Origin: an uncultured delta proteobacterium
GTDB lineage: Bacteria; Myxococcota_A; Polyangia; Fen-1088
Assembly: GCA_963755125.1 (NCBI GenBank)
Contig: CAVWIP010000008.1
Span: 288,001-352,000, forward strand
Length of the DNA stretch: 64,000 nt
Direction of reading: 5' to 3'
This document shows positions 11,093 through 21,946 of the stretch, in pieces; within the stretch, counting starts at the first letter, position 1; every line of letters begins with the position of its first letter. A model generated the notes under the pieces. It had not been told where the DNA came from, did no database searches, and saw nothing but the letters and a program-made list of their open reading frames with translations. The position numbers and the translations under genes are program-made.

Positions 11093-11632
11093 CTAGCGCT
11101 TGGCCAGGGTCATCGGCCTGCCCTCGGCACGGGCAATCGCGCGCGCGTCGGTGCAGGTGGCCGCCAGCGACGGCGACGCCTTGATCTGCTGCTTGACGCT
11201 GATGAGCATCTGAATGGGCGTTGTCGACGGGCTGGGCACCAGCACCTCAAGCTTGTCCTGGGTCATCTTGGCAAAGCCAGGCTTGGCCGAATCCTCGCAG
11301 CCGAGCAGCGTAGCAAAGGAGGTTAGGTACTCGCCGCCACCCGCGGCCATGTTGCCCTTGAGGTCCTGGAAGTTGACCTCGGCAAACGCGGCCTGCTCAC
11401 GCTCGGCCTTGACCACGCCCGCGCTGACGCAGTTTGAAGTCCCGGACGTGATGCCGAAGGTCTGACTGGCGAACGTACCATTGGTGGTGGCCGCGAGAAT
11501 CTGCTTGAGCGCCCCGTTGTCGTTCCCGAAAATCAACGAGCCAAGGCCGCAGCCAGCCATTCCGTACTGCGCATGAGCCGTGCCCGCGATGAGCAACACA
11601 AAGGCCCCAAGTCCGAGTGCTAGTCTCTTCAT
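11093..11632 (-). CDS. DUF3015 family secreted protein
   Basis: Signal peptide, YGMAGCGLGS, TTNGT..QTFGITSGTSNC, GGGEYL. Confidence 0.85.
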   Translation of the reverse strand: MKRLALGLGAFVLLIAGTAHAQYGMAGCGLGSLIFGNDNGALKQILAATTNGTFASQTFGITSGTSNCVSAGVVKAEREQAAFAEVNFQDLKGNMAAGGGEYLTSFATLLGCEDSAKPGFAKMTQDKLEVLVPSPSTTPIQMLISVKQQIKASPSLAATCTDARAIARAEGRPMTLAKR

Positions 11633-11729
11633 TGCTTCGTCTCCTCCGTTTGTCTTGCCTCCGCATTCGGACGATCCACCGCGGACCGTCGCACCTCCAT
11701 GCGGTGCGCTGATTGTACAGAAAGCCGTC

Positions 11730-12287
11730 CTACATGCAATCGCCGATTGCCAAGGGGTAGCTCTCGACAATCTCGTGCAGCGCACCCTCGGGGCGCAGGG
11801 TGCTGCGGTACAGGTGAAAGTCACTCACTACGAAGCGGCTGCTGTCGAAACCGGCATGCTCGGCCAGAAAGCGGTCGAGGTCATGGCGTGGCCGGGTAGG
11901 AAAACGGGCCAGAGTCAAGTGAGGGGAGAAACCACGCTTGGCCGTGTCGGGGTCAGGGCCAAGCACACCATCCACCGCACATTTGAGAGCGCGCAGTGGC
12001 TCGGGCGGATCGATACCGAGCCACAAGACCCGCGCCGGCTTGCGCGCGCCAGCCGGCGGAAACACGCCCACGCCTCGCAGCGCAAGCTCGAAGCGTGGCA
12101 CACGAATCTGGCGCAGATGCGCCCGCATGTCAGCAAGCAAGCCCTCTGGCGTGTCGCCGAGGAAACGCAGGGTGATGTGCAACTGCTCGGGCCGCGTCCA
12201 GCGCGCGCCGCCTATGCCCTGGCACAGACGCACGACCTTGGGCCGAAGCTCCGCTGGCAAGTCCACCGCGATGAATAGCCTCAACAT
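11730..12287 (-). CDS. thpR: RNA 2',3'-cyclic phosphodiesterase (2H family)
   Basis: RLFIA, HITLRFLG, PHLTLAR (two HxT motifs). Confidence 0.92.
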   Translation of the reverse strand: MLRLFIAVDLPAELRPKVVRLCQGIGGARWTRPEQLHITLRFLGDTPEGLLADMRAHLRQIRVPRFELALRGVGVFPPAGARKPARVLWLGIDPPEPLRALKCAVDGVLGPDPDTAKRGFSPHLTLARFPTRPRHDLDRFLAEHAGFDSSRFVVSDFHLYRSTLRPEGALHEIVESYPLAIGDCM

Positions 12288-12291
12288 GAGG

Positions 12292-13764
12292 TCAGGCCTG
12301 GGCCACGGCTTCCCGCCAGCGAGACAGGATACGGTCGCGCTCGCTGGCGGGCATACGAGGATGAAAGACTGTCGCGCCGGAGTCGGTCGCATCCTTGGGC
12401 TGGATGTCCAGACCCACGCCCTCGGCCGCCAGCCGTGCCGCCCCCAGTGCAGTCAGCTCGACCTGCGCAGGTCGTACGATGTCGGTGCCGAGCAGGTCGG
12501 CCTGGATCTGCATGAGCAGGTTGTTGGCCGTGGCGCCGCCGTCCACGCGCAAGCCGGTCAGCACGCGGCCCGCATCTTGTTCCATGGCGCGAACCAGATC
12601 GACGTTCTGCAAGGCCATGGCCTGCAAGGCCGCACGGGCGATATGCGCCGCCCGGGTACCGCGCGTGAGGCCCAAGATCGCGCCGCGTGCTTCCGAGCGC
12701 CAGTGGGGCGCGCCCAGCCCGGCCAAGGCCGGCACAATGGTCACGCCCCCGTCGTCGGGCACCGAGGCGGCCAGTCCCTCGCTTTCGGCCGCCTGCCTGA
12801 TGATGCCCAGCCCGTCGCGCAGCCATTGAATCAACGCGCCTGAGACAAAAGCGCTTCCCTCGAGCGCGTAGGCCGTGTCCGCGGCAGTCTGCCATGCCAC
12901 TGTGCCGAGCAGTCGATGGCGCGACAGCACGGGCCGCGGGCCCACGTTCATGAGCAGGAACGAGCCCGTGCCAAAGGTGCACTTGGCGTCCCCGGGCCGC
13001 AGGCACTGTTGGCCGAAGAGCGCAGCTTGCTGATCGCCCGCTGCCGCAGCCAGAAGGATGCCGTCGGGGATCCCACCTGCGCCACGGATGACCGCCAGCC
13101 GCCCCGAGGACGGACCCACCTGGGGCAAAATCGCGGCCGGCACGCCGAAGATGCGACACATCTCGGGGCTCCACTGCAGACTCTCCAGGTCAAGAAGCGA
13201 CGTGCGCGAGGCATTGGACACGTCGGTCACATGGACCTGTCCGCCTGTCAGGCGCCAGATGAGGAAGCTGTCGACTGTGCCGAACGCGATCTCGCCCGCC
13301 TCGGCCCGGCGCCGCAGATCAGGTGTGTGATCCAGCAGCCAGGCGATCTTGCTGGCCGAGAAATACGGGTCGAGCAGCAGACCGGTCCGCTGGCGCACCA
13401 GTGGCTCAAGTCCCTCGGCGCGCAGCCGGTCGCACATCTCGGCGGTGCGGCGGTCCTGCCAGACGATCGCCGGTGCGACCGGCCGGCCCGTCGCACGATC
13501 CCAGAGCACTGTGGTTTCTCGCTGGTTGGTGATGCCAATGGCCGCAATCTCGAACGACCCGGCATGGGCGCACGCTTGCGCAAAGGCCGTCAGCACCGAC
13601 TGCCATATCGCCTCGGGATCATGTTCCACCTGCCCAGGCTGGGGGTAGCTCTGCGGAATCTCACAATAGCCGCGACCGAGGAGTGCGAGGCGCTGGTCGA
13701 GCACCAGCACGGTCGTTCCAGTCGTGCCCTGGTCGATGCCCACTATGACGGGACTGCGTTTCAT
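12292..13764 (-). CDS. glpK: Glycerol kinase
   Basis: [46 protein letters not shown]. Confidence 0.95.
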   Translation of the reverse strand: MKRSPVIVGIDQGTTGTTVLVLDQRLALLGRGYCEIPQSYPQPGQVEHDPEAIWQSVLTAFAQACAHAGSFEIAAIGITNQRETTVLWDRATGRPVAPAIVWQDRRTAEMCDRLRAEGLEPLVRQRTGLLLDPYFSASKIAWLLDHTPDLRRRAEAGEIAFGTVDSFLIWRLTGGQVHVTDVSNASRTSLLDLESLQWSPEMCRIFGVPAAILPQVGPSSGRLAVIRGAGGIPDGILLAAAAGDQQAALFGQQCLRPGDAKCTFGTGSFLLMNVGPRPVLSRHRLLGTVAWQTAADTAYALEGSAFVSGALIQWLRDGLGIIRQAAESEGLAASVPDDGGVTIVPALAGLGAPHWRSEARGAILGLTRGTRAAHIARAALQAMALQNVDLVRAMEQDAGRVLTGLRVDGGATANNLLMQIQADLLGTDIVRPAQVELTALGAARLAAEGVGLDIQPKDATDSGATVFHPRMPASERDRILSRWREAVAQA

Positions 13765-13881
13765 GGATCGGATTATCAATCGAAGAAGGCGGCCGAACCT
13801 AGCGGAAATACTCGGGTTCGTGATACGATGAGATCTCGGTCCTCGTCTGATGTCATGCAACGGCTACACCCCTGAGGTTCC

Positions 13882-15366
13882 ATGCGGCGCGTGCTAGTGG
13901 TGGATGACGAAGAGAACCTTCGCCACATGCTGCAGACCCTGCTCAAACGGGAAGGCTACGAGCCCGTGGGTGTTGCCTCGGTCGACAGTGCTCTGCGCGA
14001 GCTTGAAACCCTGCCCTACGACATCATCATCACCGATCTGCGCATGCCAGGTCGCAGCGGCATGGATCTGGTGGATGAAGTACGCCGACGCGGCCTGGAT
14101 GCCACCGTGGTCGTGATGACGGCTTTCGGAAGCAAGGACGTCGCCATCGAAGCCATGAAGCGCGGGGCATACGACTATCTGTCCAAGCCTTTCGAGGCGG
14201 ACGAGTTGGTCTTGCTCCTGCGCAAGGCCGAGGAACGCGAGCGCCTCTACCGCGAGAACCGGAGTCTGGCCCGCCAGGTTCGCACTGGCGTGGAGGAACC
14301 CGAGGGAACCTTCGGCGATTTGATAGCGCGCAGCCCACAGATGCTCGAACTGTTCCGCACAGTACGCAAGATCGCTGAGTTCAAGACGACGGTGCTCATC
14401 GAGGGTGAATCAGGAACCGGCAAGGAACTGGTGGCGTGCGCCATTCATAGCAGTTCGCCGCGTGCGCGCGCGGCCTTCATCGCGGTGAACTGCGGGGCCA
14501 TCCCGGAAAACTTGCTCGAATCCGAGCTGTTCGGCCACCGCAAGGGTGCGTTCACGGATGCCAACCGAGATCGCAAGGGCCTGTTCGAAGAGGCCTCGGG
14601 GGGAACACTTTTCCTCGACGAGATCGGTGAATTGCCGCTCAACCTGCAGGTCAAGCTGTTGCGCGTGCTGCAAGAGGGAGAGATCCGCCGCTTGGGCGAC
14701 AGCCAGGACACCAGGGTCGACGTCCGCGTCGTCGCAGCCACCGCGCGCGACCTGGCCGACGAGGTGAGGCGGGGCGCGTTCCGCGAGGATCTGTATTACC
14801 GGCTGAATGTCTTTGCCTTGCACTTGCCGGCCCTGCGTGACCGGCGTGAGGACATCCCGCTGCTGGTGGCGCACTTCCTGACCCGCATGAACACCCGCAT
14901 GGGTCTCGCCATCACGGGGGTCACAGCCGAGGCGATGCGCCTTCTCGCCGCGTATGACTGGCCGGGAAACGTCCGGGAACTGGAGAACACCGTCGAGCGC
15001 GCCATCGTGCTGGCGGAAGGCAGCGAGATTGACGTTGATTCTCTTCCGGAGCGGGTGCGCGTTGCGGGCCCGGGGACGACCGCCGCCCAGCCCGCGGTCG
15101 AGGACGGCGATCTGTCAATCAAGAGAGCGTCGCGCCGTTCCGAGGAGACACTCATACGCCGCGCCCTGGAGCGCACCAAGGGCAATCGGACCAGAGCCGC
15201 CGAGTTGCTGGAGATCAGTCACCGGGCTCTTCTCTATAAGATCAGGGAGTACGGGATCGTTGCCGGACGGGACAGCCGAGTCTACGCTGCATACGGACGT
15301 GATAACGAACAAACACCGTCCCCGGTCACGCCGATGCCAGTGGGCTCAACTTTGAAGGCAAAATGA
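13882..15366 (+). CDS. Sigma-54-dependent response regulator (REC-AAA+-Fis HTH)
   Basis: VVDDE receiver, [30 protein letters not shown]-terminal HTH. Confidence 0.93.
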   Translation: MRRVLVVDDEENLRHMLQTLLKREGYEPVGVASVDSALRELETLPYDIIITDLRMPGRSGMDLVDEVRRRGLDATVVVMTAFGSKDVAIEAMKRGAYDYLSKPFEADELVLLLRKAEERERLYRENRSLARQVRTGVEEPEGTFGDLIARSPQMLELFRTVRKIAEFKTTVLIEGESGTGKELVACAIHSSSPRARAAFIAVNCGAIPENLLESELFGHRKGAFTDANRDRKGLFEEASGGTLFLDEIGELPLNLQVKLLRVLQEGEIRRLGDSQDTRVDVRVVAATARDLADEVRRGAFREDLYYRLNVFALHLPALRDRREDIPLLVAHFLTRMNTRMGLAITGVTAEAMRLLAAYDWPGNVRELENTVERAIVLAEGSEIDVDSLPERVRVAGPGTTAAQPAVEDGDLSIKRASRRSEETLIRRALERTKGNRTRAAELLEISHRALLYKIREYGIVAGRDSRVYAAYGRDNEQTPSPVTPMPVGSTLKAK

Positions 15367-15476
15367 ACGATGAGAATAGGCTGGAGGGGATGAGAGTTTT
15401 TTTGACCTTTTTCGCAGATGCCCCACCATGTAGGTGAAGATAGGGGAATGAAGGCAACCATCCAAAGACTCCCCCG

Positions 15477-16535
15477 ATGCCAAAAAATTGCATAGGCCTC
15501 GATATCGGTTCTAGTTCCGTGAAGGTCGTCCAGATCAAGGAGACCTCCAAGGGCCTTCAACTGATCAACTTCGGATTCGAGCCGCTGCCAGCGCAGACCA
15601 TCGTCGACGGCGCGATCATGAACCAGACTGCCGTAGTCGAGGCCATCAAGACGCTACGTGACAACCTTGGCATCAAGGGCAAGGAAGTGGCCACAGCCAT
15701 CTCCGGACACTCCGTCATCATCAAGAAGATCAAGGTGCCGCCCATGACACCCGAGGAATTGGAGGAGCAGATTCCCTGGGAAGCCGAGCACCACATCCCC
15801 TTCTCTAAGGATGACGTGGAGATTGATCACCAGTTGGTGGGCAGCGAGGGTGGCGCCGGGGGCCAGATGGAGCTTCTGCTGGTTGCGGCCAAGAAAGAGG
15901 TCGTCTCCGACTACAGCATGGTCATTCGCGAGGCCAAGTTGCAGCCCATGATCATGGATGTGGCCGCCTTCACCATCCAAAATGCCTACGAAGCCAACTA
16001 TCCGGTGGTCCCCGAAGAGGCGGTCGCCATCATCAACGTCGGTGCCACCCTCTGCAACATCAACATCGTGGCCGGTGGAACCAGCGCCTTTACCCGCGAC
16101 GTGACCGTGGGTGGCAACGCGTTCACCGAGGAGATTCAAAAGCGTCTCAACGTCAGCCAGGAAGAAGCCGAGGCGTGGAAGATCGGCTCCACCGGCGACG
16201 GTGCCGGTGAGGTGGTTCCCCAGGAGGTGGAGGCGGTCATTGCATCGGTGGCAGATAGCGTAGCCGGCAAGTTCCAGCGCTCGCTCGACTTCTACCTGGC
16301 GGCCAGCAGCGACGCGCGCATCACCAAGATCTACTTGTGCGGTGGCTCCGCCAAGGTGCCAGCTTTGCAACGCGCTCTTGAGGAGAAGGCGCGGACCCAG
16401 GTCGAAGTGATGGATCCCTTCCGCAAGATCACGGTGGACGAACACAAGTTCGACATGGCCTTTGTTCAGCAACACGCAGCCGAGGCCGCAGTGGCGGTGG
16501 GCCTGGCCTTGCGCCGCCCGGGGGACAAACAGTGA
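15477..16535 (+). CDS. pilM: Type IV pilus assembly protein PilM
   Basis: GLDIGSSSVK, GHSVIIKKI, LCGGSAK, VAVGLALR. Confidence 0.95.
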   Translation: MPKNCIGLDIGSSSVKVVQIKETSKGLQLINFGFEPLPAQTIVDGAIMNQTAVVEAIKTLRDNLGIKGKEVATAISGHSVIIKKIKVPPMTPEELEEQIPWEAEHHIPFSKDDVEIDHQLVGSEGGAGGQMELLLVAAKKEVVSDYSMVIREAKLQPMIMDVAAFTIQNAYEANYPVVPEEAVAIINVGATLCNINIVAGGTSAFTRDVTVGGNAFTEEIQKRLNVSQEEAEAWKIGSTGDGAGEVVPQEVEAVIASVADSVAGKFQRSLDFYLAASSDARITKIYLCGGSAKVPALQRALEEKARTQVEVMDPFRKITVDEHKFDMAFVQQHAAEAAVAVGLALRRPGDKQ

Positions 16536-17161
16536 TTCGCATCAACCTGCTTCCCATCAGGAAGGTCAAGCGGGCCGAGGCCAGCCAGCGCCAATTCCTT
16601 TATATGGGCGTGGCTATCGTGGCCACCGTGTGTGGGGTTGTCTTTGTGCACTTGCAGGCGGCCGGCCAGCTGGAGGACAACAAGCGCAGAAACACCATAC
16701 TCCAGGCGGACGTAGCCCGCATGAAGCAAGAAATCGGCGACTACGACAAGGTCCGCGCTCAGCGAGAAGAACTGCTGCGGCAGCGAAAGACCATTCAGGC
16801 GCTGGATGCGGGGCGGAACGGGCCGGTCTATTTGCTACGCGAGATGTCCGAGCTTTTGAGCCCGGGCAAGGGGCCGACTTTCGACCGTGTCACCTATGAA
16901 GAGACGCTACGGCGTGATCCCAACGCCGGGTTCAACGCAGGCTGGGATCCGCGGCGGGTGTGGGTCGAGGGCTATGCCGAGGACCAGCAGCACGTCAAGA
17001 TCCGAGGCGCGGCAAAGTCGAACGAAGACGTAGCCGAGTTCCTCAAACGCCTCAACTCTTCCGTCTTTTTCAGCGACGTGAACCTGGATGCGACCACCCA
17101 GATGTCGGGGCGCGGGATCAAGTTCGTAAGTTTCAGCCTCTCAGCCAACGTGATCTACTGA
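16532..17161 (+). CDS. pilN: Type IV pilus assembly protein PilN
   Basis: MIRINLLP, TM helix, coiled coil; operon position. Confidence 0.92.
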   Translation: MIRINLLPIRKVKRAEASQRQFLYMGVAIVATVCGVVFVHLQAAGQLEDNKRRNTILQADVARMKQEIGDYDKVRAQREELLRQRKTIQALDAGRNGPVYLLREMSELLSPGKGPTFDRVTYEETLRRDPNAGFNAGWDPRRVWVEGYAEDQQHVKIRGAAKSNEDVAEFLKRLNSSVFFSDVNLDATTQMSGRGIKFVSFSLSANVIY

Positions 17162-17162
17162 C

Positions 17163-17759
17163 ATGAACGATATTCTGCAAAAACTGCTGCGACTCAAGAC
17201 GCCGGCAAAGATCGCCGCCACGGCAGGTCTCGTCGTGCTGATCGTGGTCGTCTACTATATGTTGTTCTACATGGATCTGCAGGATCAGATCAAAGGCAGC
17301 GAGGCGCAGCAGCGCAGCCTTACCGCCGAGAAGGCAGACTACGAGAAGCGCAAGAAAGAGTACCTGGCCTATCGAAACGAGCTAACCCAGCTGCAGCAAG
17401 AGCAGCGCGAGCTACTCAAGGCCCTGCCCAAGCGGGCGGAGATTCCCACATTCCTTTCCAGCATCCAGGAACAGGCAGAGCTTGCGGGCTTGGAGGTTCT
17501 CAATCTGTCCATTGAGGCGGAATCACCCGCCGAGTTGTATGTCCGCATCCCGGTTCGCCTTGAGATCCGCGGCACCTATCACACCATTACGAAGTTCTTC
17601 AAAAACGTCGCGGATCTTCCCCGCATCGTGAACGTCGAGAACCTGGCCTTGACTCTGGAGAAAGCCAGCGACGAGTCGGGTTCACCTCGGCTACACGCCA
17701 AGTTCTACGCGGTGACCTTCCGCTACAACGACCAGTCCGAAACCGGAGGGGGAACATGA
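17163..17759 (+). CDS. pilO: Type IV pilus assembly protein PilO
   Basis: LPKRAEIP, GTYH..F, LPRIVN; operon position. Confidence 0.92.
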   Translation: MNDILQKLLRLKTPAKIAATAGLVVLIVVVYYMLFYMDLQDQIKGSEAQQRSLTAEKADYEKRKKEYLAYRNELTQLQQEQRELLKALPKRAEIPTFLSSIQEQAELAGLEVLNLSIEAESPAELYVRIPVRLEIRGTYHTITKFFKNVADLPRIVNVENLALTLEKASDESGSPRLHAKFYAVTFRYNDQSETGGGT

Positions 17760-18343
17760 GGCGGACCAGGCTGGCGCTCTTCCTTCTTGTCGGCTTTGTT
17801 CTCGCGCCCTGGGGCGACTTTTCAGTTGCGCGCGCAGCCCCTCCCAAGCCGCCAGCCAAGCCCGCCCCGGGTGGCAAACCCGCGGCTGCAGCCGCGCCAA
17901 CCGCCGCCACGTCCGCAACGGCGGAGGCCCTGCAGCAGCGACTGGCCATCCTGCGCAGAAAAGTCCTGCGCGACGAGGATTTCAACGAGACTGACGACGC
18001 AAATCGAGATCCATTTCGGTCCTTTACCGGGATCTTCAGCGAGCGAAATCCCCGGGCAACCCTCATGCAGCAGGTTCCGGCTATCTTCGGGAAGTTTGCT
18101 CTCGAAGAGCTGACCTTGATTGCCGTGATCAGCGGCGACGCAAACCCACGCGCCATGTTCCGAGATCCCAGTGGCCTCGGACAGGTGATCAAACGAGGCG
18201 ACTATGTTTCCAAATCCTCCGCACGTGTCACGAAGATCCTGTCCGACCGCGTGGTGTTGGAGTTGGCGGAAATCACGTCGGGCGGCGAAACCAGAGCTTT
18301 GGAGAAAGCCATTCTGGTCAATCCAGAGGGGGCAGAGAAATGA
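17756..18343 (+). CDS. pilP: Type IV pilus assembly protein PilP
   Basis: RDPFRS, LEELTLIAVI, PRAM..DPSG.G..IKRGDY. Confidence 0.85.
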   Translation: MRRTRLALFLLVGFVLAPWGDFSVARAAPPKPPAKPAPGGKPAAAAAPTAATSATAEALQQRLAILRRKVLRDEDFNETDDANRDPFRSFTGIFSERNPRATLMQQVPAIFGKFALEELTLIAVISGDANPRAMFRDPSGLGQVIKRGDYVSKSSARVTKILSDRVVLELAEITSGGETRALEKAILVNPEGAEK

Positions 18344-21300
18344 TTGCTCAACCAATGTCTTCTGATATGGGAACCCTCAAAGGGTTCCCACACCCTCCCG
18401 CGATGGTGCGCCGCCAGCAGAGCTGGCGGGCTCCCCACGCGATCAACATGGGAACCCTCAAAGGGTTCCCACACCCTCCCGCGATGGTGCGCCGCCAGCA
18501 GAGCTGGCAAAGCCGGCGGACTGCCCACGCGACGAGAAAACCCGCGATCATGCTTGGCGTCGTCATGGGCGTCTGGCTTTCTGCACCGGCCTATGCCGAG
18601 ACTGCGCAGGTACGCGCCATTCACGTCTCCGAGGCAGGGGGTGACACGGCGGTCGTGATATCCGCCTCGACGCGGCCCACATTTACGACCTGGAAGCTTG
18701 AACAGCCGGCGCGGGTCGTGGTGGACCTCAGCGCAGCCCGCCTGGGCAACGTCGAAGTTCCCCTGGACGCTGGCACCTTTGCTGTCGGACTGGTCAGCGC
18801 AAGCGTCAGTGAAGATGAAAGGGGCAGTCCTCGGACGCGCATTGTCTTGACGTTGCGACAGGCCTCCGACTATCGCGTCGAGGCACGCGGCAACGACATC
18901 GTGGTCCGGGTGATCCCCCATCTGCGCCCGACGGCGAGCAAGGCCGCAACGCCCGACCCCCATCAGGCCGACGTCACGGCCGAAGCGCAAGCCAAGGCCG
19001 CACGAGCCGAGGCACAAACCAAGGTCGAGGCGCAAGCCAAGGCCGAGGCGCAGGCCAAAGCTGAGGCGCAGGCCAGGGTGGCTTCCCAGGCCACTGCCGA
19101 GAATGCCCAGCTCAAACAACAGTTGCAGCAAGCCCGGCGCGACGCCGAGCAAGCCCAGGAGGCAGCCAAGACCGCCAGCGCCGAAAACGAACGGCAAAGG
19201 GCGGCTGCGGCCCGCGCAGACGAACACGTCAGCAACGCCGAGCACGAGGCCGAGCAAGCCCGCCGTCGCGCCGAGGCGGCCGAGCGGGAGGCGCGTATGG
19301 CCCGGCTGCGGGAGGCCGACCGCGACCGAGCCCTTCAGGCGGCCGCTCGTGAGGTCGAGGTGCGAACCGCGGCGCTCGAAGCCAAGGCGAAGAGCCAGGA
19401 GGAACAGCAGCGACGTCTGGCAGACGCCGAACGCATGGTCGCAGAACGCGAGGCGAAGCTGCGCGTGGCAGCCGACGATCTGGCCAAACGCGAGCAGGCT
19501 GCGCGCGCCGCCCAGGCCAAGCGTGAGCGGCTCGAACAAAGCGGCGCTTCGTCACCCGACAGGGCGCGTGCTGCTGCGGCGGTGGCCAAGGCCGAGCAGG
19601 AGCGGAGAAACGCGGCTGATGCAGCCGAGCGTTCGCGCAACGATCTCACCCTAGCGGTGGCCGCGCGCCGTGCAGAAGAAAAACGCCGCCAGGAAGAGAT
19701 GCGCGTCCGCCGGGAAGAGCAAGAGCAGTTGAAACTCGCCGAGTCCGCGCGTGCGGAGGAGGAGGCGCGCTTGGCCCAGGCGCGCGCCGAGCGGGCGCGA
19801 GTCGAGAGTGAACGTGCCAAGCTGGAGAAAGAGCGAGCCCAACTGGAGGCGGCTCGCGATGCGCTGGCGGCGGAGGTCAAGCGACTTGCGCAGGCGTCCA
19901 CCCTCGCCAAGCCAGCTCCGGCGGCACTTTCCGCCTCCGCGCCGGTCGCGGCCAAGCCCGTGCCAAAGGAGGATCGCGGGACCGTGCTCAGCGTGCGGCC
20001 TGCTGCCGATTCGGCCAAGCCGGTCGTGCGTCCACGCTCGGTCACTCTGCGTGTTCCCATCCGCGTCCGCCGCATCGATTTTGTCGACGAGCCCACCCGA
20101 TCTTCGGTCATCATCGACCTGGAAGAGCCGTCAGAATTCGCCGTCGAACGCCCGGCGCATCGGCGGGTCAGCTTGCGTCTCGACCACGCCGATCTCCCCG
20201 ACGATCTGGCGCGCAGTTTGGACGCCACCGAATACCTTGGCCCCGTCCGGATCATCAGTTCGTATCAGGATCCGCATGCCCGCGGTACGGTTCGAGTCGA
20301 CGTGGACCTGGCCGAGGATGTACCCAACCACGTTCGGCAGGATGGCAACCGTATCTACTGGGATTTCCAGAAGGCGACGCCGTCCAATGGACAAAAACTG
20401 CCCGCCCTGGGCGGTCGCCTGCCGCCGTCGGTCTTGTTCGTGCCCGCTCGCCGGGTGGCGGGCTTCAGTGTCACGTTGTCGGGTTCCCTGGTGCTGGCCC
20501 AGCGCTCTGCACGCAAGGCCGACGAGGAGAAGGAGACGCAGGAACTGGCAGCACGGCGTGCGACCTTGTCGGGGAAAAAGCGCTACACCGGTCGCCGTAT
20601 CGATCTGGATTTCAAAGGGGCTGACATCCACAACATCTTGCGTCTGCTGGCAGACGTGGGGCAAATGAACATCGTCACCTCGGACGAGGTTAAGGGCGAG
20701 GTCACCATCAAGATGCGCGATGTACCCTGGGACCAGGCCTTGGACGTCGTGTTGCGGGCCAAGAACCTGGGATCGGTTCGCGAGGGAAATCTGGTTCGCG
20801 TGGCGCCCCTGTCGGCGCTGGAGAAAGAACTGGAACAGGAGATTGCTCGCCAGAAGCAGATGGCGGAAGTCTTGCCCACGGAAACTCGACTCATCGGCGT
20901 GTCGTACGCGCACGCCACCTCACTGCAAGACAAGGCCAAGGACCTGCTGTCACCGCGAGGCAAGATATCGGTCGACGACCGCACCAACAACCTGATCGTG
21001 TCCGATGTGGCGCGCAACCTGCAACTCATTGAGGACTTGGTGCGCAACCTCGATACCCAGACTTCGCAGGTGGTCATCGAGGCCCGCATCATAGAGGCGA
21101 CAACGGATTATTCCCGCCAGTTCGGCATCCAGTGGGGCGGCAACACCTTCATGGATACGACACACGGCAACCCAACGGGTCTGGTCTTCCCCTACAACGT
21201 CGGCATCGGCGGCGGTGCAGACGACTCCAAGGCGTCCGTATCTGGTCTGGTTCCGGACATCCGAACCGGCGTCCCCGGGGGAACAAATCCGAATTTCGTC

Positions 21301-21897
21301 GTCAATATGCCTGCCCCCGTCGGCCTCAACACCGGCGCGGCCATCGGCCTCACCTTGGGTTCAGTGGCAGGGGCCTTCAACTTGAATCTGCGCCTCTCGG
21401 CCATGGAGTCCACTGGCACAGTCCGCATCCTGTCTTCACCGCGGGTCACCACCATGGACAACATCGATGCCACCATCGAACAGGGTGTTTCGATCCCGGT
21501 GTCGGTCGTGAGCGCGATGGGCGCCCAGACACAGTTCGTGGACGCCAAGCTTCACCTGGGTGTCAAGCCGCATGTCACCAACGAAGGCACTGTCATGCTC
21601 ACGGTCACGGTGACCAACAATACGCCGGACTTCGTCAACACCGGCGCCCGCGGCGACCCCACCATCCAGAAGAAGGAAGCCAAGACGACCATGCTGGTGC
21701 GCGACGGCGACACCGGGGTCATCGGCGGGATCTACACGCGCAACTCAGGTCTCAGCTTCACCAAGGTTCCGTATTTTGCCGACATCCCGGTGTTGGGCTA
21801 CCTGTTCCGCAGCCGCAAAGAAAATGACGACCGCACCGAATTGCTGATCTTCATCACGCCACGCATCGTGAACCGGGCTCGCGCACTTGGGCAGTAG
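18340..21897 (+). CDS. pilQ: Type IV pilus secretin PilQ with AMIN domains and long coiled-coil insert (start could be ~18550)
   Basis: PARVVVDL AMIN, YTGRRIDLDFK, VPWDQALD, QVVIEARI, IPVLGYLFR, ELLIFITPRIV. Confidence 0.93.
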   Translation: MIAQPMSSDMGTLKGFPHPPAMVRRQQSWRAPHAINMGTLKGFPHPPAMVRRQQSWQSRRTAHATRKPAIMLGVVMGVWLSAPAYAETAQVRAIHVSEAGGDTAVVISASTRPTFTTWKLEQPARVVVDLSAARLGNVEVPLDAGTFAVGLVSASVSEDERGSPRTRIVLTLRQASDYRVEARGNDIVVRVIPHLRPTASKAATPDPHQADVTAEAQAKAARAEAQTKVEAQAKAEAQAKAEAQARVASQATAENAQLKQQLQQARRDAEQAQEAAKTASAENERQRAAAARADEHVSNAEHEAEQARRRAEAAEREARMARLREADRDRALQAAAREVEVRTAALEAKAKSQEEQQRRLADAERMVAEREAKLRVAADDLAKREQAARAAQAKRERLEQSGASSPDRARAAAAVAKAEQERRNAADAAERSRNDLTLAVAARRAEEKRRQEEMRVRREEQEQLKLAESARAEEEARLAQARAERARVESERAKLEKERAQLEAARDALAAEVKRLAQASTLAKPAPAALSASAPVAAKPVPKEDRGTVLSVRPAADSAKPVVRPRSVTLRVPIRVRRIDFVDEPTRSSVIIDLEEPSEFAVERPAHRRVSLRLDHADLPDDLARSLDATEYLGPVRIISSYQDPHARGTVRVDVDLAEDVPNHVRQDGNRIYWDFQKATPSNGQKLPALGGRLPPSVLFVPARRVAGFSVTLSGSLVLAQRSARKADEEKETQELAARRATLSGKKRYTGRRIDLDFKGADIHNILRLLADVGQMNIVTSDEVKGEVTIKMRDVPWDQALDVVLRAKNLGSVREGNLVRVAPLSALEKELEQEIARQKQMAEVLPTETRLIGVSYAHATSLQDKAKDLLSPRGKISVDDRTNNLIVSDVARNLQLIEDLVRNLDTQTSQVVIEARIIEATTDYSRQFGIQWGGNTFMDTTHGNPTGLVFPYNVGIGGGADDSKASVSGLVPDIRTGVPGGTNPNFVVNMPAPVGLNTGAAIGLTLGSVAGAFNLNLRLSAMESTGTVRILSSPRVTTMDNIDATIEQGVSIPVSVVSAMGAQTQFVDAKLHLGVKPHVTNEGTVMLTVTVTNNTPDFVNTGARGDPTIQKKEAKTTMLVRDGDTGVIGGIYTRNSGLSFTKVPYFADIPVLGYLFRSRKENDDRTELLIFITPRIVNRARALGQ
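18367..18508. repeat. Two 61-bp direct repeats (81-bp period), each with internal hairpins; REP-like
   Basis: 18367-18427 identical to 18448-18508; TGGGAACCCT-CAA-AGGGTTCCCA and GCCAGC-AGA-GCTGGC. Confidence 0.9.
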
Positions 21898-21946
21898 CGA
21901 CAACGACGAGGGAGTAGAATTTCATCAAAACGACATGGAGAGAGCC

